Assembly (NCBI GenBank): GCA_973895155.1
Contig: OZ316892.1
Coordinates: 9,962,283 to 10,026,282, forward strand
Source: Marsupella aquatica
Lineage: Eukaryota; Plantae; Marchantiophyta
Direction of reading: 5' to 3'
Length of the DNA: 64,000 nucleotides
Shown one piece after another: positions 25,700 through 38,732 of this stretch. Position numbers and translations under genes: made by a program. Numbering within the stretch: the stretch's first letter is position 1; the number at the start of each line of letters is the position of its first letter. The notes below the pieces were generated by a model. It had not been told where the DNA came from. It saw only the letters and a list, made by a program, of their open reading frames with translations, and did not search any database.

Positions 25700-28600
25700 C
25701 CTAGCACATGCATTATAGATAGTGCGACTATGCATACTATCCTCCAGGATAGACACCTTTTCTACAAGATCGATAACACCCTCACGTAGATCACTGACCA
25801 CTATCAATGGTCCTAGCCAAATAGAAGAGGGCTTCAGCCCAGCTTCTATTAGACTCCCGTAGGGTACAGAAATCCACATAGAATCTGCTATCTTTGCCCC
25901 GAATGCAACCCGTAATCTCCTCAGTTTTAGAGATATACGAGCAAATGGACTCCACGTCCAGACAGGCGATACAAGAGACCAGGAAGTAATCCAATTGGTT
26001 GAAAATACCCCTACGGGGAAAATCATTAAAGAAACTCTTTTCTCGTACCCATGCGGGTTTTACATAACTCAAATTGAATGTTTGCATGACAATGCACAAT
26101 CAAGTGAATTGCCCACGCTCTGGCATACACGCCTCGGCCACCCTGGTCAATCCATGCTAAGCAAAATTATTAAGAATTCATGCGGCATTCCAACCAGTAT
26201 ATGCCACATTCCAGCTAGCACCCCATGCACTGCATGCTCACGCGGTAAATTAATAACAAGGCCCACGACATCAAAATTGCCAACCAAGATACCAAAATTC
26301 TTGGATATCATACATGCGGATGTTTGCGGGCCAATAACCCAAGGAGCGGACCATTCCGCTACTTTATGGTACTGATCGATGCATCAACCAAATGGTCAAA
26401 TATGATCCTGCTTTCAACGAGGAACATGGTTATGCCTCGCATCTTGGCGCAAATCTTGCGCTTGAAGGCACAATTTCCCGATCACCCCATTAAAACACTA
26501 AGGGTGGACAATGTAGGGGAATTCACATCTAAAATATTTGATGACTTCTATACATCACTAGGTATTGATGTACAGTATCCTGTACCCCACGTGCATTTTC
26601 AAAATGGATTAGCTGAAGCTGTCATTAAACGCCTTCAACTAATTGCACGCCCACTACTAATGCAGTCGAAACTCCCCGTCTCAGCATGGGGACATGCCAT
26701 ATTACAGGCTAACGCATTAATTCAATACCGCCCATCAGCTTTCAATATTTATAGTCCATACCAAATTGCTAATGGTATCAAACCCGATCTATCCCATCTT
26801 CGTTCATTTGGATGTCAAGTAATGGTCCCCATTACTCCACCCAAACGAACCAAGATGGGACCCCAATGACAGTTGGAGATATATATCGGATTCGACTCAC
26901 CGTCCATCATCAGATATATGGAGCCTACAATGAGTGATATTTTTAAAGCCAGATTTTTAGATTGTCATTTTGATGAACATGTTTATCCACCATTAATAAC
27001 CCCTGAACACCCACAACCACCTCTGGAGTGGGAGAGATATTCGCCATTTTGGCAAGACCTTAGAACCAATCAGGGGGAGAAAGAAGTTCAGCAAATTTTG
27101 CAACTCCACAAGATTGTGGAAGAACTTCCCGACGCTTTTGTCGATATATCACAAGTTACTCGCTCATATATTCCAGCTGCGAGAGCATCCGCTCGCATCG
27201 AATTATCAAGTGAGCCAGCAAGTATACCCCAGCCTCGTGCCAAACGTGGCAGACCCTTGGGATCAAAAGATAAACAACCAAGAAGGCGTGGTTCATCTAT
27301 GGACCCTCCTTCACCTGATGTCGATCATACTGACTCTACAACTCATGAAGAGATCTCTATCCACTACGCACACATAGGTGCTATGTGGGATAGAAATACT
27401 ACTTCAATAGACGATGCTTTTGCATTAATGGTGGCAACCCATATCAATGATGATACACCTGAACCACTCTCCATCTTAGAATGCCAAAACAGACTAGATT
27501 GGCCTGAATGGCAAAAAGCTATCAACGGAGAATTAGATTCCCTACTAAGCAGACATACTTTTGGCCCAGTTGAGCCAACACCGCAAGACGTACACCTCAT
27601 TGGCTACAAGTGGACCTTCGTCCGCAAAAGAAATGATAAAGGCCAAGTTGTATGCTACAAAGCACGTCTGGTAGGGAAAGGATTTACCCAACAACAGGGA
27701 ATTCATTACGATGAAACTTAATCACCGGTTATGGATAGCACAACATTCCGATACCTTATCAGATTTGCCATTTTCCATAAACTTCAGATGTGACAACTGG
27801 ATGTTGCGACCGCATACCTATATGGAACTTAGACACTTGTCTATACATGCGATCACCTCCCAAGTTGGAGCAACATCACCGAGCTTTAGCTCAAGGTGAT
27901 ACATCGCATATTCCATATTTACATGAGATTATAAACCAATTACCTCAAATTATATCTCATGTGTCATCTACACATGTAACTCATAACAATGACACCCCTG
28001 TGTCAGCCGTACGGAATACTCGCCGTGGACTAGCTATCCGCGTGTTGAAGGCATTATATGGCTTGAAACAAAGTGGCAGAGTATGATATCAAAGATTCAC
28101 TGATGAAATGATTGCCATGGGTTTTTCTCATGATGTAATTACTCCATGTTTATTTATTAAACATGTGGATGATGAATTTGTCATCGTTTCTATTTATGTT
28201 GATGACTTAAACATATTTGGGACACCCCAAATTACAGAAGATATTATTACTCATCTCAAAACAACATTTGAGATGAAAGACCTTGGCCATACAAACTTTT
28301 GTTTAGGTTTACAACTAGAGATCTTACCCACTGGCATGATGCTCCATCAGACAACACAAACTGAAAAAATCCTAAAACAGTTCAATATGAACCTAGCACA
28401 CCCATTGACGTCACCAATGGTGGTACGTTCATTAGAAAACAATACTGATGTTTTCCGCAAGCGCGAAGAACATGAACCAATATTAGGACCGGAAACTCCA
28501 TATCTTTCCGTGATAATAGCATTAATGTACCTAGCAAATCAGACCCGACCAGACATTGCATTTGCAATTAACTTACTAGCTAGGCATAGTGCAACCCCCA

Positions 28601-29214
28601 CAGCCAGACACTAGAACGAAGTTAAACACATATTTAGATACTTGCGTGGCACCATTGATACCGGGTTATTTTACCCATTCGGTGCAAACCACGAACTCAA
28701 AGGATATGCGGACGCCGGATATTTTTCCGACATTGACACAGCAAAATCCCAAACCGGATATGTTTTTACTATAAGGGGTATCGCTTTTTCTTGGAAAAGC
28801 GTGAAATAGACCCTAACAGCAACCTCATCGAATCACTCAGAGATTTTAGCTCTACATGAGGCTAGTCGTGAAGCCATTTGGTTATGATCTTTTATAAATC
28901 ACATCAATACTAAATATGGCCTACCCAAACTAACGAAGCCTACTAATATCTTTGAGGATAACACAGCATGTATACAACAGATCACGAAATGATTCATCAA
29001 AGGCGATCGAGTGAAGCACATAGCTCCAAAGTTTTTCTACACCCATGAGTTACATGGAACAGAGATCAACATTTTGCAGATTTCAAGTGCAAACAACTGT
29101 GCGGATCTCTTCACCAAATCACTATCGCCAGCCGTTCATCATCGACACTGCCAGGCGATTGGACTGCGGAGCATGCAATGCATGATGACTGTGGAGGCTG
29201 CTGCTACACCATGA
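25700..29214 (+). pseudogene. pol: Copia pol (protease, GAG-pre-integrase, integrase, RT, RNase H) with multiple stops and frameshifts
   Basis: CIIDSATMH; LWHTRLGHPG...CTAC; HADVCGP; LRVDNVGEF; QNGLAE; YKARLV; LYGLKQSGR; IYVDDL; TRPDIAFA; GYADAG; FEDNTAC; ADLFTK. Confidence 0.92.
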
Positions 29215-31012
29215 TTGATACTGCTGATGACTTACTCTCAAGATAGATCTTGAAGCTAGATTTACTATAGCATCTAACTTCATATAGTATTGACATTTAT
29301 TACGACGAGGATTGTTAGGCCGCACTCTTTTTCCTTTAGCACTCATACTTTTTCTCTGTTACACTGGTAGAGTTTTTACATAGCTAGAGTTGATAAAGGT
29401 TTTTTAACAAGGCAGTCTAACTTGCTTGTACTCATACTATGTATTTCCTATGAACATGATATGATAGGTATAGTCTATGTTGTCTACATAGTAGTCACTA
29501 TATATCCAAGGGGGAGTGTTAGACTCTACCTTTACCCGTTGACCGGACCAGTCGGTCACCTGACACAACTATATGACTATACACACCATTCAAGACTCTA
29601 TACACGGTTATTGACATTTACATTCCTAGAGAAGAAGAAAAAAATTCTTGAATTTTTCTTCAAAATTTGAAGGAAATTTTATTTTTTTTCCAAATTTTTT
29701 TTTGCCATGAGGCGTTCATACCGTACGGACACCTATCTCAGCGAGCCCAGCCGAGATAGGAAAAAAATTTCAGAATTTTTTTTTTTGAAAATTTTGGTTT
29801 TTCTTTTTTTTTTTCCCATGTTTTTTTGGTCCGTATGCCCCATCTCAGCGAGGCCAGCTGAGATGGGGAAAACAATTTCAGAATTTTTTTTTTCAAATTT
29901 TTTTTTTCTTCAAATTTTTTGGTTTTTTTTTGGGATTTTTTTTCGGTCCGTACGCCCATCTCGGCGAGGTCGACCGAGATTGAATCAACCTCGGCTCCCC
30001 AGTTGAGATGAGCGGAAGTTCGAAGGCCCCAACTCAACTCAACTGAGATTCTGAGATATAAGTGACTGATATCAGTTATCAGCCACTAATAACTGATGAT
30101 GTTGTGTACCCCATCCGATGGGGACTTACTAAGTATGGGGAGACTTGTGGGCAATGTAGTTGCACTACCAAAGGCGATGCGCTGAGCTGGTGGCGCACAA
30201 AAATGACTTAAATTTGTGTTGCGAGTTGATCGGGGCATGGGAAGGGCCGATCTGGTGGACCGTCTGGACCCCTGGACGGAGTCTAAGTTTTGAGGGTTTG
30301 AGTGAGAGCTCCTCTTGGGCCAAGGGCCAAAGAAGTTTACTTGGCACATAGATATGGTGTGGCTCGGGTGTAGCCGTCTGGGATTCCCGAAGGATAATGA
30401 GTTCTAAGAGCCTGGGTATGAGTACCACGCAGGTCCGACAGGAATGACATAGGTCTGGCTCTCTTTGCTCTCGCTTCTCTGTGGCTGGCTACTTCATTGG
30501 CCCTATTGGCCACCAACGTTACACAAGATTATGTTTAGCTATTGCCCAATTCTACCAGATTTGTTTAGCTCAAGCAATGAATGTACACTCATCATCGATC
30601 CAACGGGCTTCGGGTAAACTCCAGGCCTCTTGAAACTGGCTGTAAAGGACGGATTACTTGGGTGAAGTGACAGAAAACCTCCTGCAACCGGTGCCGGGAG
30701 AGTTTACAGGTCACATTTGGGATGGCAGTGTTGCCATATCATCCTAGTAAATAACTATGTTTTGCCTCAGTCCATCCGGGTTGCCAAAATCTACCTGGGC
30801 ATTCTGCTTTACTAGCTTGGAGGTCCATCTGGGCTTCAAGTTCATTAGGGTAAGAAAGCCTAATGTGACCTTTTCAGCTACTTTGTAATATATTATAGAA
30901 AAGTAATACAAATCATTTACAATGTAATTTGACTACTTGAAAATTAATTTTCATACAGTCATAAACCCTAAACTCTGTTCGTAATTAACATCAGTGTTTA
31001 GCTTTGTAAAAA

Positions 31013-31300
31013 CAGCTTACACAAACAATCAGAGAGGAGCAAGTTAGGAATGCTATCCAAAGTCTGATTCATGGGGAGCTCTTTAGAGTGACAGAAATAA
31101 TTATAGACAACTCCAATCAGCTTATACACAAACAATCAGAGGGGAGCAAGTTAGGATGCTATCCAAAGTTTAATTGATGGGAAGCTGTTTAGACAGAAAA
31201 TAAATGTAAACAGCTCCAATCAGCTTACACAAACAATCGGAGAGGAGAGAGTTAGGATGCTATCCAAAGTTAAATTGAAGGGAAGCCCTTTAGACAGAAA
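31013..31300 (+). repeat. Three tandem ~103-bp repeats
   Basis: CAGCTTACACAAACAATCAGAGAGGAGCAAGTTAGG(A)TGCTATCCAAAGT... at ~31013, ~31118 and ~31221. Confidence 0.9.
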
Positions 31301-31496
31301 CTAATTAGAGAGAATTCCAAATCCGTCTTTTTTCATCAAACGCTTGATTAAGGGTACTCTGTTCACTGGAATTCTCTCAATTCTGTATGAGCTACAATCA
31401 GTGTTGATTCTAACAGGGGACACGGTCTGGAGATGGATTCCTATTCTCGATGAGAGATTGTGAGAACTGGACGCCGTGTCTTTATGTGCGGCACTC

Positions 31497-33687
31497 ATGG
31501 ATCGATTGCGGCGAAGCTATGGCTTTCCGGTTTCATATCAGAAAATGCATAAAATGTCGCGGGCAATTTTGCAGGGAGTGACAGAAATTGACGGAGGCCC
31601 CATAATACTCTGTCATGGGGCCAACGTACCTGGAAAGACTTCGTTCCTTCATCCTTACATTTGCCTTCTTGCAAGCAATCCCAGCCTGTCCTGGGGAAAG
31701 CGTCAGCTCGATTAGATTGAAAAAAATGTTTTCCACGGTCTAGCGCAATATGTAGCTTAAGATTTCTGTTGGGCTAAATGCATACACCTTTTCTGCTGGC
31801 ATACCTGTAGAACTTGAAGCAGAATTGTCAATTGCATTCTTCTGATAGAGGAGAAGGGGAAGATTGGCATCGTTCCTTCTTCGTGAGCTCCAATGGAGTT
31901 AGCGAGGTCATGTAGGGCCCGATCGGACCTGTATCTCGTATGACTAGACATGTGTATTTCTTTTTGTTCTGCCATGGCATGTTCGCTATTCGTGGCCAAA
32001 GCACATTTCAATCAATTATCACAGATATTGTCTTAACTTCTTTTAAGCTTTTAGATGTTCAACTGCCTCAATGCGAACTGATCAACATATACTCGATGTC
32101 GGAAAACTCTGTTCGTAATTAATTTCATCGCCTTTATGCAGACGCCCAAGGTTATTTCATAGATGGGCTTAAGTTCACTGGAGGGTCACTAAGCCTGATG
32201 CCAAGAGAAAGAGTCAAGCTGATAACTGCATTGGCCCATAACACATGGCAATTATGTCAATACTGGAGGATGCGCGGACCAGATGCTCGCCAAAGGGCCG
32301 CTTTTCTTTAATCAGTATTTGAGTAGAAATTTCAAATCATGTTATTGACAGGGGACACTCACCCTGCAGCTCTTCGGACTACTAGAAACACGAGAAGGTT
32401 GTGGCCTGAATTCCCCTTCTGTATAAGTTCCTTGTGGATCTTGTGATCTTTTAACCATACGAATTTGCTGTTGGCATTAAATTAGAGTGGACCTGTTTAC
32501 CACCTGTTTTAAAATTCCACTGCCTGGTTAAAGAAAGTCTGTCTTATCTAGCTTTGGGCACTTTTGGCATTAGCAAATGCGAACCCCTCACTACTGATCG
32601 TCCTTTTCTTTTGTGAACGAATTCAAAAACCTTTGATTACACATAGTTGAGCTAAGTAAAGAGTTTCTAGAATTCCAAGAAGATGACTTGATGCGACTGA
32701 TACGTACTGTGAGAAATGGTGAAATTCTCTTCCAACCAGATCATGGCACTAACAATGAGCACTGCAACGGCGGCAATTGTACGTACTCTATCCAACATGC
32801 GGCCACTGATGTCTTGAATCAGTGCTGGAGAATTAGTACGTGGTATGTAGACGAGAAGTGGCATGCCGAGGTTATGCACATGAAATTTCAATCAGGTGAG
32901 GTTTGTCCTTTCATACTTCTGAATTATATTATTAAGGATTCTTCTGACTTGGATTTGGGACTTGCAGCCATACAGAGAAGACTGACCTAAGAGTGAAATA
33001 GTTTGGGTTTCCAGGAACCCTCTCCCTGAAATTTTGTTGAGGCTGTCTGTTATGTGCATGTAGGATGAATCAGTGACAGAGCCCTTGATGGAGGCAGAAA
33101 AACACGAGGATCTTATCACTATGGACGAGAGGTGCTTATCAGCTGGAGCGTACATGATTTTGATTGATTCAGATGGGTTGACTCGGAATCTGCCTTCATG
33201 GCGCACAGTGGAGCTGGCTGAAATAGTTGGTCAGCTTGGTCTTGAGAAGACAATGATCGAGGCAAATGAACCCAATGTCTCCGCATGGTTCATCAGGAAC
33301 TACGGATCCAAGGTAATTAGCATATAGGTCAATTAAGTTCTCGTAAATTTATCAATGACCGTGACAGTAATATCGAAACAAGCTTGCCATTCTGGCCTAG
33401 GTTGGAGTTTCACTGTCTAAAATTTCCAGGTCGACCTTTTTCGTTCATATTAATATTGGTCGCTTCATAGTGTTTACTGCAAAATTAATCTCTCTGTTCC
33501 TCTAAAGTGATGAATAAAACACTGTTTCAGCAACTCGACTGTGATCACTACAACAGTACCTTACACTTGTTTTTGGCAAGTCAATCTTTACGGGAACCAT
33601 TCTAATGCTGTCCGACGTCTTGAATGCCTCCGTTCAGGGGTAGGTCAGATTGGCCGCATCCACAGTCAAGAAATTGGAGGTGTTTGA
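31497..33687 (+). pseudogene. HSA32: HSA32 / phosphosulfolactate synthase (ComA)-family pseudogene
   Basis: Exon remnants: GVTEI..P*YSVMGPTYLE; FIDGLKFTGGSLSLMP..AH/NTGG; IVELS..LMRLIR; ERCLSAGAYMILIDSDG...LGLEKTMIEA...WFIRNYG; VNLY...LECLR. Stops, frameshifts and damaged splice sites are present. Confidence 0.88.
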
Positions 33688-35751
33688 CTGTGATCGTTGC
33701 TTTGGTTTGGCTTTGCTTTGGTTTGGTTCATGCTTGAGAGTTCATGCTTGAGAAGTTCATGCTTGAGAGTCGGCAGGTGTCCCCGTGTGCCTTAGTTGGT
33801 GTGCTCACAATCCATCAAAATGGGATTTGGTCTTATGCCCAAGAAATGCTGCAATGTGTTACTCTCATCTCTGGCAAGAATTAACCTACTGAAGTTGAGG
33901 ACTAACTCTCTGAAGCTGAACCTACTGAAAGGACTTTCTTGAGTATATCTTTTGAACTGATATACTCAAGAAGCCACACCGACTTTTTCCAAATGCCACC
34001 CAGGGTCCTATGCCACCCAATGTAGCTTGACGAAGTGAATCTGGGTACCTCGGACATCACCTGTACAGGTGAATTTCCCTGTAATCCCATCACTACTTCT
34101 ACCATAGAGTTTATGGTTTGCCGCGACTATCTGACAGCCCCGCATTTAGATTCGTATCCGGACTTGGACTTCTTTGTTCTCACTTGTAGAGATAATGTCA
34201 GCACGAATTTGCTACATTTAGTTCAAACAACTAGTTTTTCTTCAATTCTTTCACTCAATTTTGAAAATTAAAAATTTGAGGACCAGGTTAACTATTGGAA
34301 GCTCAAATTGTAAACCACTCGAAGGGCGAACTGATAGTGGATCTGGGCATAGGACTAGGAAATGTGAACAACGGAACTATCAAATTTGACAGGAATCACA
34401 TCATCAACACTCAGGACACAGCTGATTGCAAGCTGCTTTATACGACCAGCAGTCTACAATTATGCTTTCATCGGGATGACTTCCTGAATCAAATCAGCCA
34501 AGTTACATTTGTGATCTTGTACCATGGGAAGATCAAAGTGCAATCTCTGTGGCAAACGACAAGGCAGATGAAGCACCACGGCCTCCCACCTCACTTATAC
34601 TAAAGTCCAGTGATTACCTCCATCACTGCAGCATGAACAATTATATCGAGCCTTTTCGTCTAATATACTACTCCAAAGAAGGTGGACCCTGTACGTGCCA
34701 TCACAAGATTTCGCACATTACACACGAAATAGATAGTAAGCCTACAAGAAGTGGGAATATATGGTAAACCCATACAAAGATAGATAGCTATGAAGAACTA
34801 GTGTAAACAATAATATCAGGGATGGTTCCCTTTAGCCTTTCCCTCTTGTGGTTACAACGGGTAGCCCACAAAGCTTTTAATTGGCCAAACCCTTAGGAAA
34901 CAACATTGCATTTGTGCCTCAGTCTCGAGTAGCCGAACGAAAAGGAATCCAGGATGGCAAGCAGAGCTTTAGTGCAGCACTATCCAGCTACGTACTTGTC
35001 CATGACAGAGGTCAAAGTAGAGACTACAAGAACTTAGCCGGGGACTTTAACTCACGTACACGATCAGGAAAAGAGTTCAAAGATTGCATGTGTTACAAAC
35101 TGTGCGCGACGTATTAAATGCGCAAATAACACAAATGTTAAGCCCAAATCTACATCTACATCTGGATATAAAACTTTATAGAGGTATTTACATGGTTGAC
35201 GTTAGTATCCACCACCTGACATGATACCGTTGTACGTCACTGATATCAGAATATATGCTTCAGCGCTCCGACGACGTTGCATGCAAGTGAGAAACAACCG
35301 TGCAAGTCGTTAACGTTCAGAACAGGATTTCGTGATTTCATACAGCCTGGCTTACGGACCAAGACGAGATTGATCATCTGCGTTTCCGGACGTCAATCTT
35401 GTTGGAGACAAGATTGATCATCGATCAGCGTAAATGGTGACCAATATTGAAACGATTGTACTGACCTCGTACGTTTCTGTGATACTCCCTGTGTTGCGAA
35501 AATGTTTGTCAGTTGATACAACTTAATTACGATCCAGTTGGTGTGCTTTACTACTCTACCTTTGATTCCAGTACAGCTGAATGGCGACCACTTCTAATGA
35601 GTCTGCTTTGAAGAAATGAGCAATTAGTCAATCAAGAGTTTCCACAGTCAATGCATATTAAACTCGTTTCACTTTGTCTCAAGCCAATTAAGAAAATTAA
35701 ATTTGCATGGCTTGTACGTAGAGCTGGGAAATAGTCTCTAAGACAAGGAAC

Positions 35752-35962
35752 CCCGCTGGGACCTGATCAGTGGCTGCTCTTTAGGAGTCTGCTGCTCCAG
35801 CTGCAGATTCTAAATTTCTTGTTTAGTTGCTTCTTTGGGGGCCAGCTTCTTCCCTTGAACCGGCCTCTCCTGTCTCCTTGGGTCCCTTGGACCGGTGTCT
35901 CTTTTTGGGGCCCCCTTTTGTATGTGGCTATTTGAATGGAATTTTTTGTTCGTTTGAAGCAA
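35752..35962 (+). mobile_element. Short 5'-truncated non-LTR retrotransposon-like insertion with 23-bp TSD
   Basis: AAATAGTCTCTAAGA(C/T)AAGGAAC at 35729-35751 and 35963-35985 flanks a 211-bp insert with a T-rich, 3'UTR-like end. Confidence 0.6.
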
Positions 35963-36408
35963 AAATAGTCTCTAAGATAAGGAACAAAACGTTTGGTCGC
36001 TCACAGTCGTTCATATCGATCTAGCCAAAAGGCCATCAGAGACAGCACTATATATTGTCCTTTACAATGGATCATTGATATGCATGCATTGTCATCAGCT
36101 TCATTTTAGAATTCCAACCTACACTAACTTGTCCAATCATGCCACATATATTCTGGTTTAAAGTGTAACTAGTACGCAAAGCAAAGCAAGACCTGGGGAT
36201 GTCCAGTCAAGAATTGAAAATTCCTTTCATTGCCTTCTTGGATCATTCATGTAACTATGTCTTTCAAGCCACGGGTCACAAGAGTAGGAATGCCAACGGT
36301 TCCAATGATGAAGAGATCGAGTGAATTCATATCTCACCAGCACTCCCGCAAACAAAGCAAGTCCTGGATTTATCTCTGAACACAAAAAATTTCGTCAAGT
36401 TCAATGCT

Positions 36409-36985
36409 GGGTTCAGAGTACCTGCCTGCAATCTGAAGTACACACATCAGGAACATTGCATATGTTATTGGATGCACAACAAATTGTTCGTTGATATCCC
36501 TCTTGTACTCCACAAAGTAGCACTATTGACGGTAATAACACAATAGTCATCTGGTCCAAGCCAAATAATACATATTTAATAAAATTGGCGCACATGTCTA
36601 TATTCATATAATAGCATATGCACTGTTCAGTGTATAACACTATTGTACATCAGATGGCAATAATACATATTTAATAAAATTGGCGCCCATGTCTATATTC
36701 ATATAATAGCATATGCACTGTTCAGTGTATAACACTATTGTATATCAGATGGCAGGGTTCAGAGTACCTGCCTGCCATCTGATGTACAGAAGTGAGGTTC
36801 AGAGTACCTGTCTGCAAGAAGTGTTATACACTGAACAGTGCATATGCTATTATATGTACAAGATTGCATGTTTATTGACTTGCCTTTTGTACTCCACAAC
36901 AGGGTTGTAGGGTACTACCATGTAGCAGTAATCTGGTTCAAGCAAATAATAAATAGTTTTAAACAATTGGTGCCCATCATGTCAA
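36409..36985. repeat. Complex local duplication/inversion patchwork
   Basis: 95-bp tandem duplication (36565-36659, 36660-36754); GGTTCAGAGTACCTG three times; inverted 37-bp copy at ~36820-36856. Confidence 0.85.
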
Positions 36986-37675
36986 CCTATTGAGTGGGCT
37001 GGATATCGATGCTGTTGGGGAGGGCTAGGGCCTTTAGGGCGAGGGGGTATAGGACAAACAGGTAACACCGTCTGGGCATTGTGGGATCCGGGGTGGGGTC
37101 AGGCTAAGCTATATGGGCGAACTCAAGAACCTTCTTAACTTTTGTTGCGTCCCTATTTCCCTCGCTTCCCTATTTTCCTCCCTTTCATTTCCTCCCACTC
37201 TCCTTCCCTGCTTTGCGCTCCCACTGTGGGTCCCACTGCCTCCATCCCTCCCCTTCACCCTTTCCCTTGCCTCCAACAAGATTAGACCAGAGAACTAAAA
37301 AATGGGAAGACACCTTAAAAATTCAATAGCAAAAAGCCAGAAATATTTCTTTTTCAAGCTAATCTATTTCCTCTCTACTTGATCCATGCCAAAAACCACC
37401 ATCTCAGGTCAATACTCCATGCCAAAAAGTACTATATAGCCAGCCCTCATATACTTCCTACAGTAGCCCATGTATCATTTTGTACCCCTATTGTAAAAAC
37501 AATCAGCACACTCATGTACTTTGTATGTACCATACCTTGTACACTAACGTAAAAACAATCTTGGGTATCTATAGCAGTCAATCCAAGTTACGCAGACAAC
37601 ATCTGATGGAGTTAATCCATTCAAGTTAACGCAAATCAGACAATTTGATGCAGTACTGGTCCATTTTCTTTTCAA

Positions 37676-37907
37676 TTGTAAATAGAAGATGGAAGGGCCA
37701 GGATTTGGCAAGATGTCTTATTATGTTGATTGATTTTGTAAATAGGAGATGGAAGGGCCAGGGGCAAGATGTTTTATTATAGTGATTGATTTTGTAGATA
37801 GAAGATGGAAAGGCCAGGGGCAAGATGTCCTATTATAGTGATTGATTTTGTAAATAGAAGATGGAAGGGCCAGGATCTGGCAAGATGTCTTATTTATAGT
37901 GATTGAT
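37676..37907 (+). repeat. Four tandem 56-60-bp repeats
   Basis: TTGTAAATAGAAGATGGAAGGGCCAGG...CAAGATGT...GATTGAT units at 37676, 37736, 37792 and 37848. Confidence 0.9.
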
Positions 37908-38732
37908 GAGGAGTGTGGGTTACCCTAAGTACTTCATACAGGAATTTTTGGTTGAAGTGAACTAAGATATGCATCTAAACAGTGGATGTTGGCCTTTAGA
38001 CAGTATAGGTCCAGGTGAGGTCCTAAACGGCCCACGCCCAACCTAGACTAGCATGCCTACTCTTCTCCAATTCAAAAATGGATAAGAGGTTCCCAACTGT
38101 TTTCAAAAGGGGAATGAAAAAACAAAATTACCATGCTAAGTTGAAAGTATCCAAGATAATGTGGAGGGGGCTCTGAGACGGCACGAGAAATTTTATTTTC
38201 CGCCAAGAATGAATAAATGGTATAGAAGCACATTTGAATCAGTTCTGCACATAATTCTTACTGTAAGTCAAAATTCCTACTGGTTCTTGGAACTCCCAGT
38301 CTTGCAATCAATCAACTTGTAATAATTAAATTCCATGGACCCGTAAAATGCCTTGTTTCGGAGTTGATCGGACAGAGGCGCAGCAACGCCACATTTCCAT
38401 GCCACTAGAATTTGAAAAATGATTACACATATGGAGCCGTAAACTTTCTGCACTGTTTCTAGCTGAGTTGATGGTGGGACAGAGTCGCAGCAACGCTACA
38501 TTTCTATGGCACTAAAGCTTGATTACTCGTGCAACATAACTATCGCTCTCGAGCCAACCTAGTGTACCCTGAGTGCAGGAAGTTGAGTAAAACTAAATAC
38601 GGTGTACTCCATCTTATATCGACTGATGATTCTTTCATTTCCTGACATTCAGGCTCCGCTGCTCCCGAGCAACAGAAGGTACTGCGGCGAAACTGATTGG
38701 CCAACCGTACTTGATTTGGTTGGAAGTAGAAC

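Larger units (their letters stand above)
22764..29630 (+). mobile_element. Full-length but decayed Ty1/copia LTR retrotransposon, Bianca lineage
   Basis: LTRs 22764-22873 and 29517-29630; TSD GAAGA both sides; PBS CGTTATCAGCACG (22874-22886); PPT AAGGGGGAG; gag starting MTNLEKLTFPALEIDGNNYLEW; domain order PR-INT-RT-RH. Confidence 0.95.
22646..30112. mobile_element. MITE/MULE-like host element split by the copia insertion (own sequence ~22646-22763 + ~29631-30112)
   Basis: GGG...TCATCAGTTAT at the left end vs ATAACTGATGA...CCCC at the right end; flanking direct repeat ATCCGAT at 22639-22645 and 30113-30119. Confidence 0.55.

Noticed and set aside
31013-37907. Tandem repeat arrays (31.0 kb, 37.7 kb) as CRISPR-like arrays
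   Set aside because: Units are contiguous imperfect copies with no unique spacers; the context is eukaryotic and no cas genes are present.
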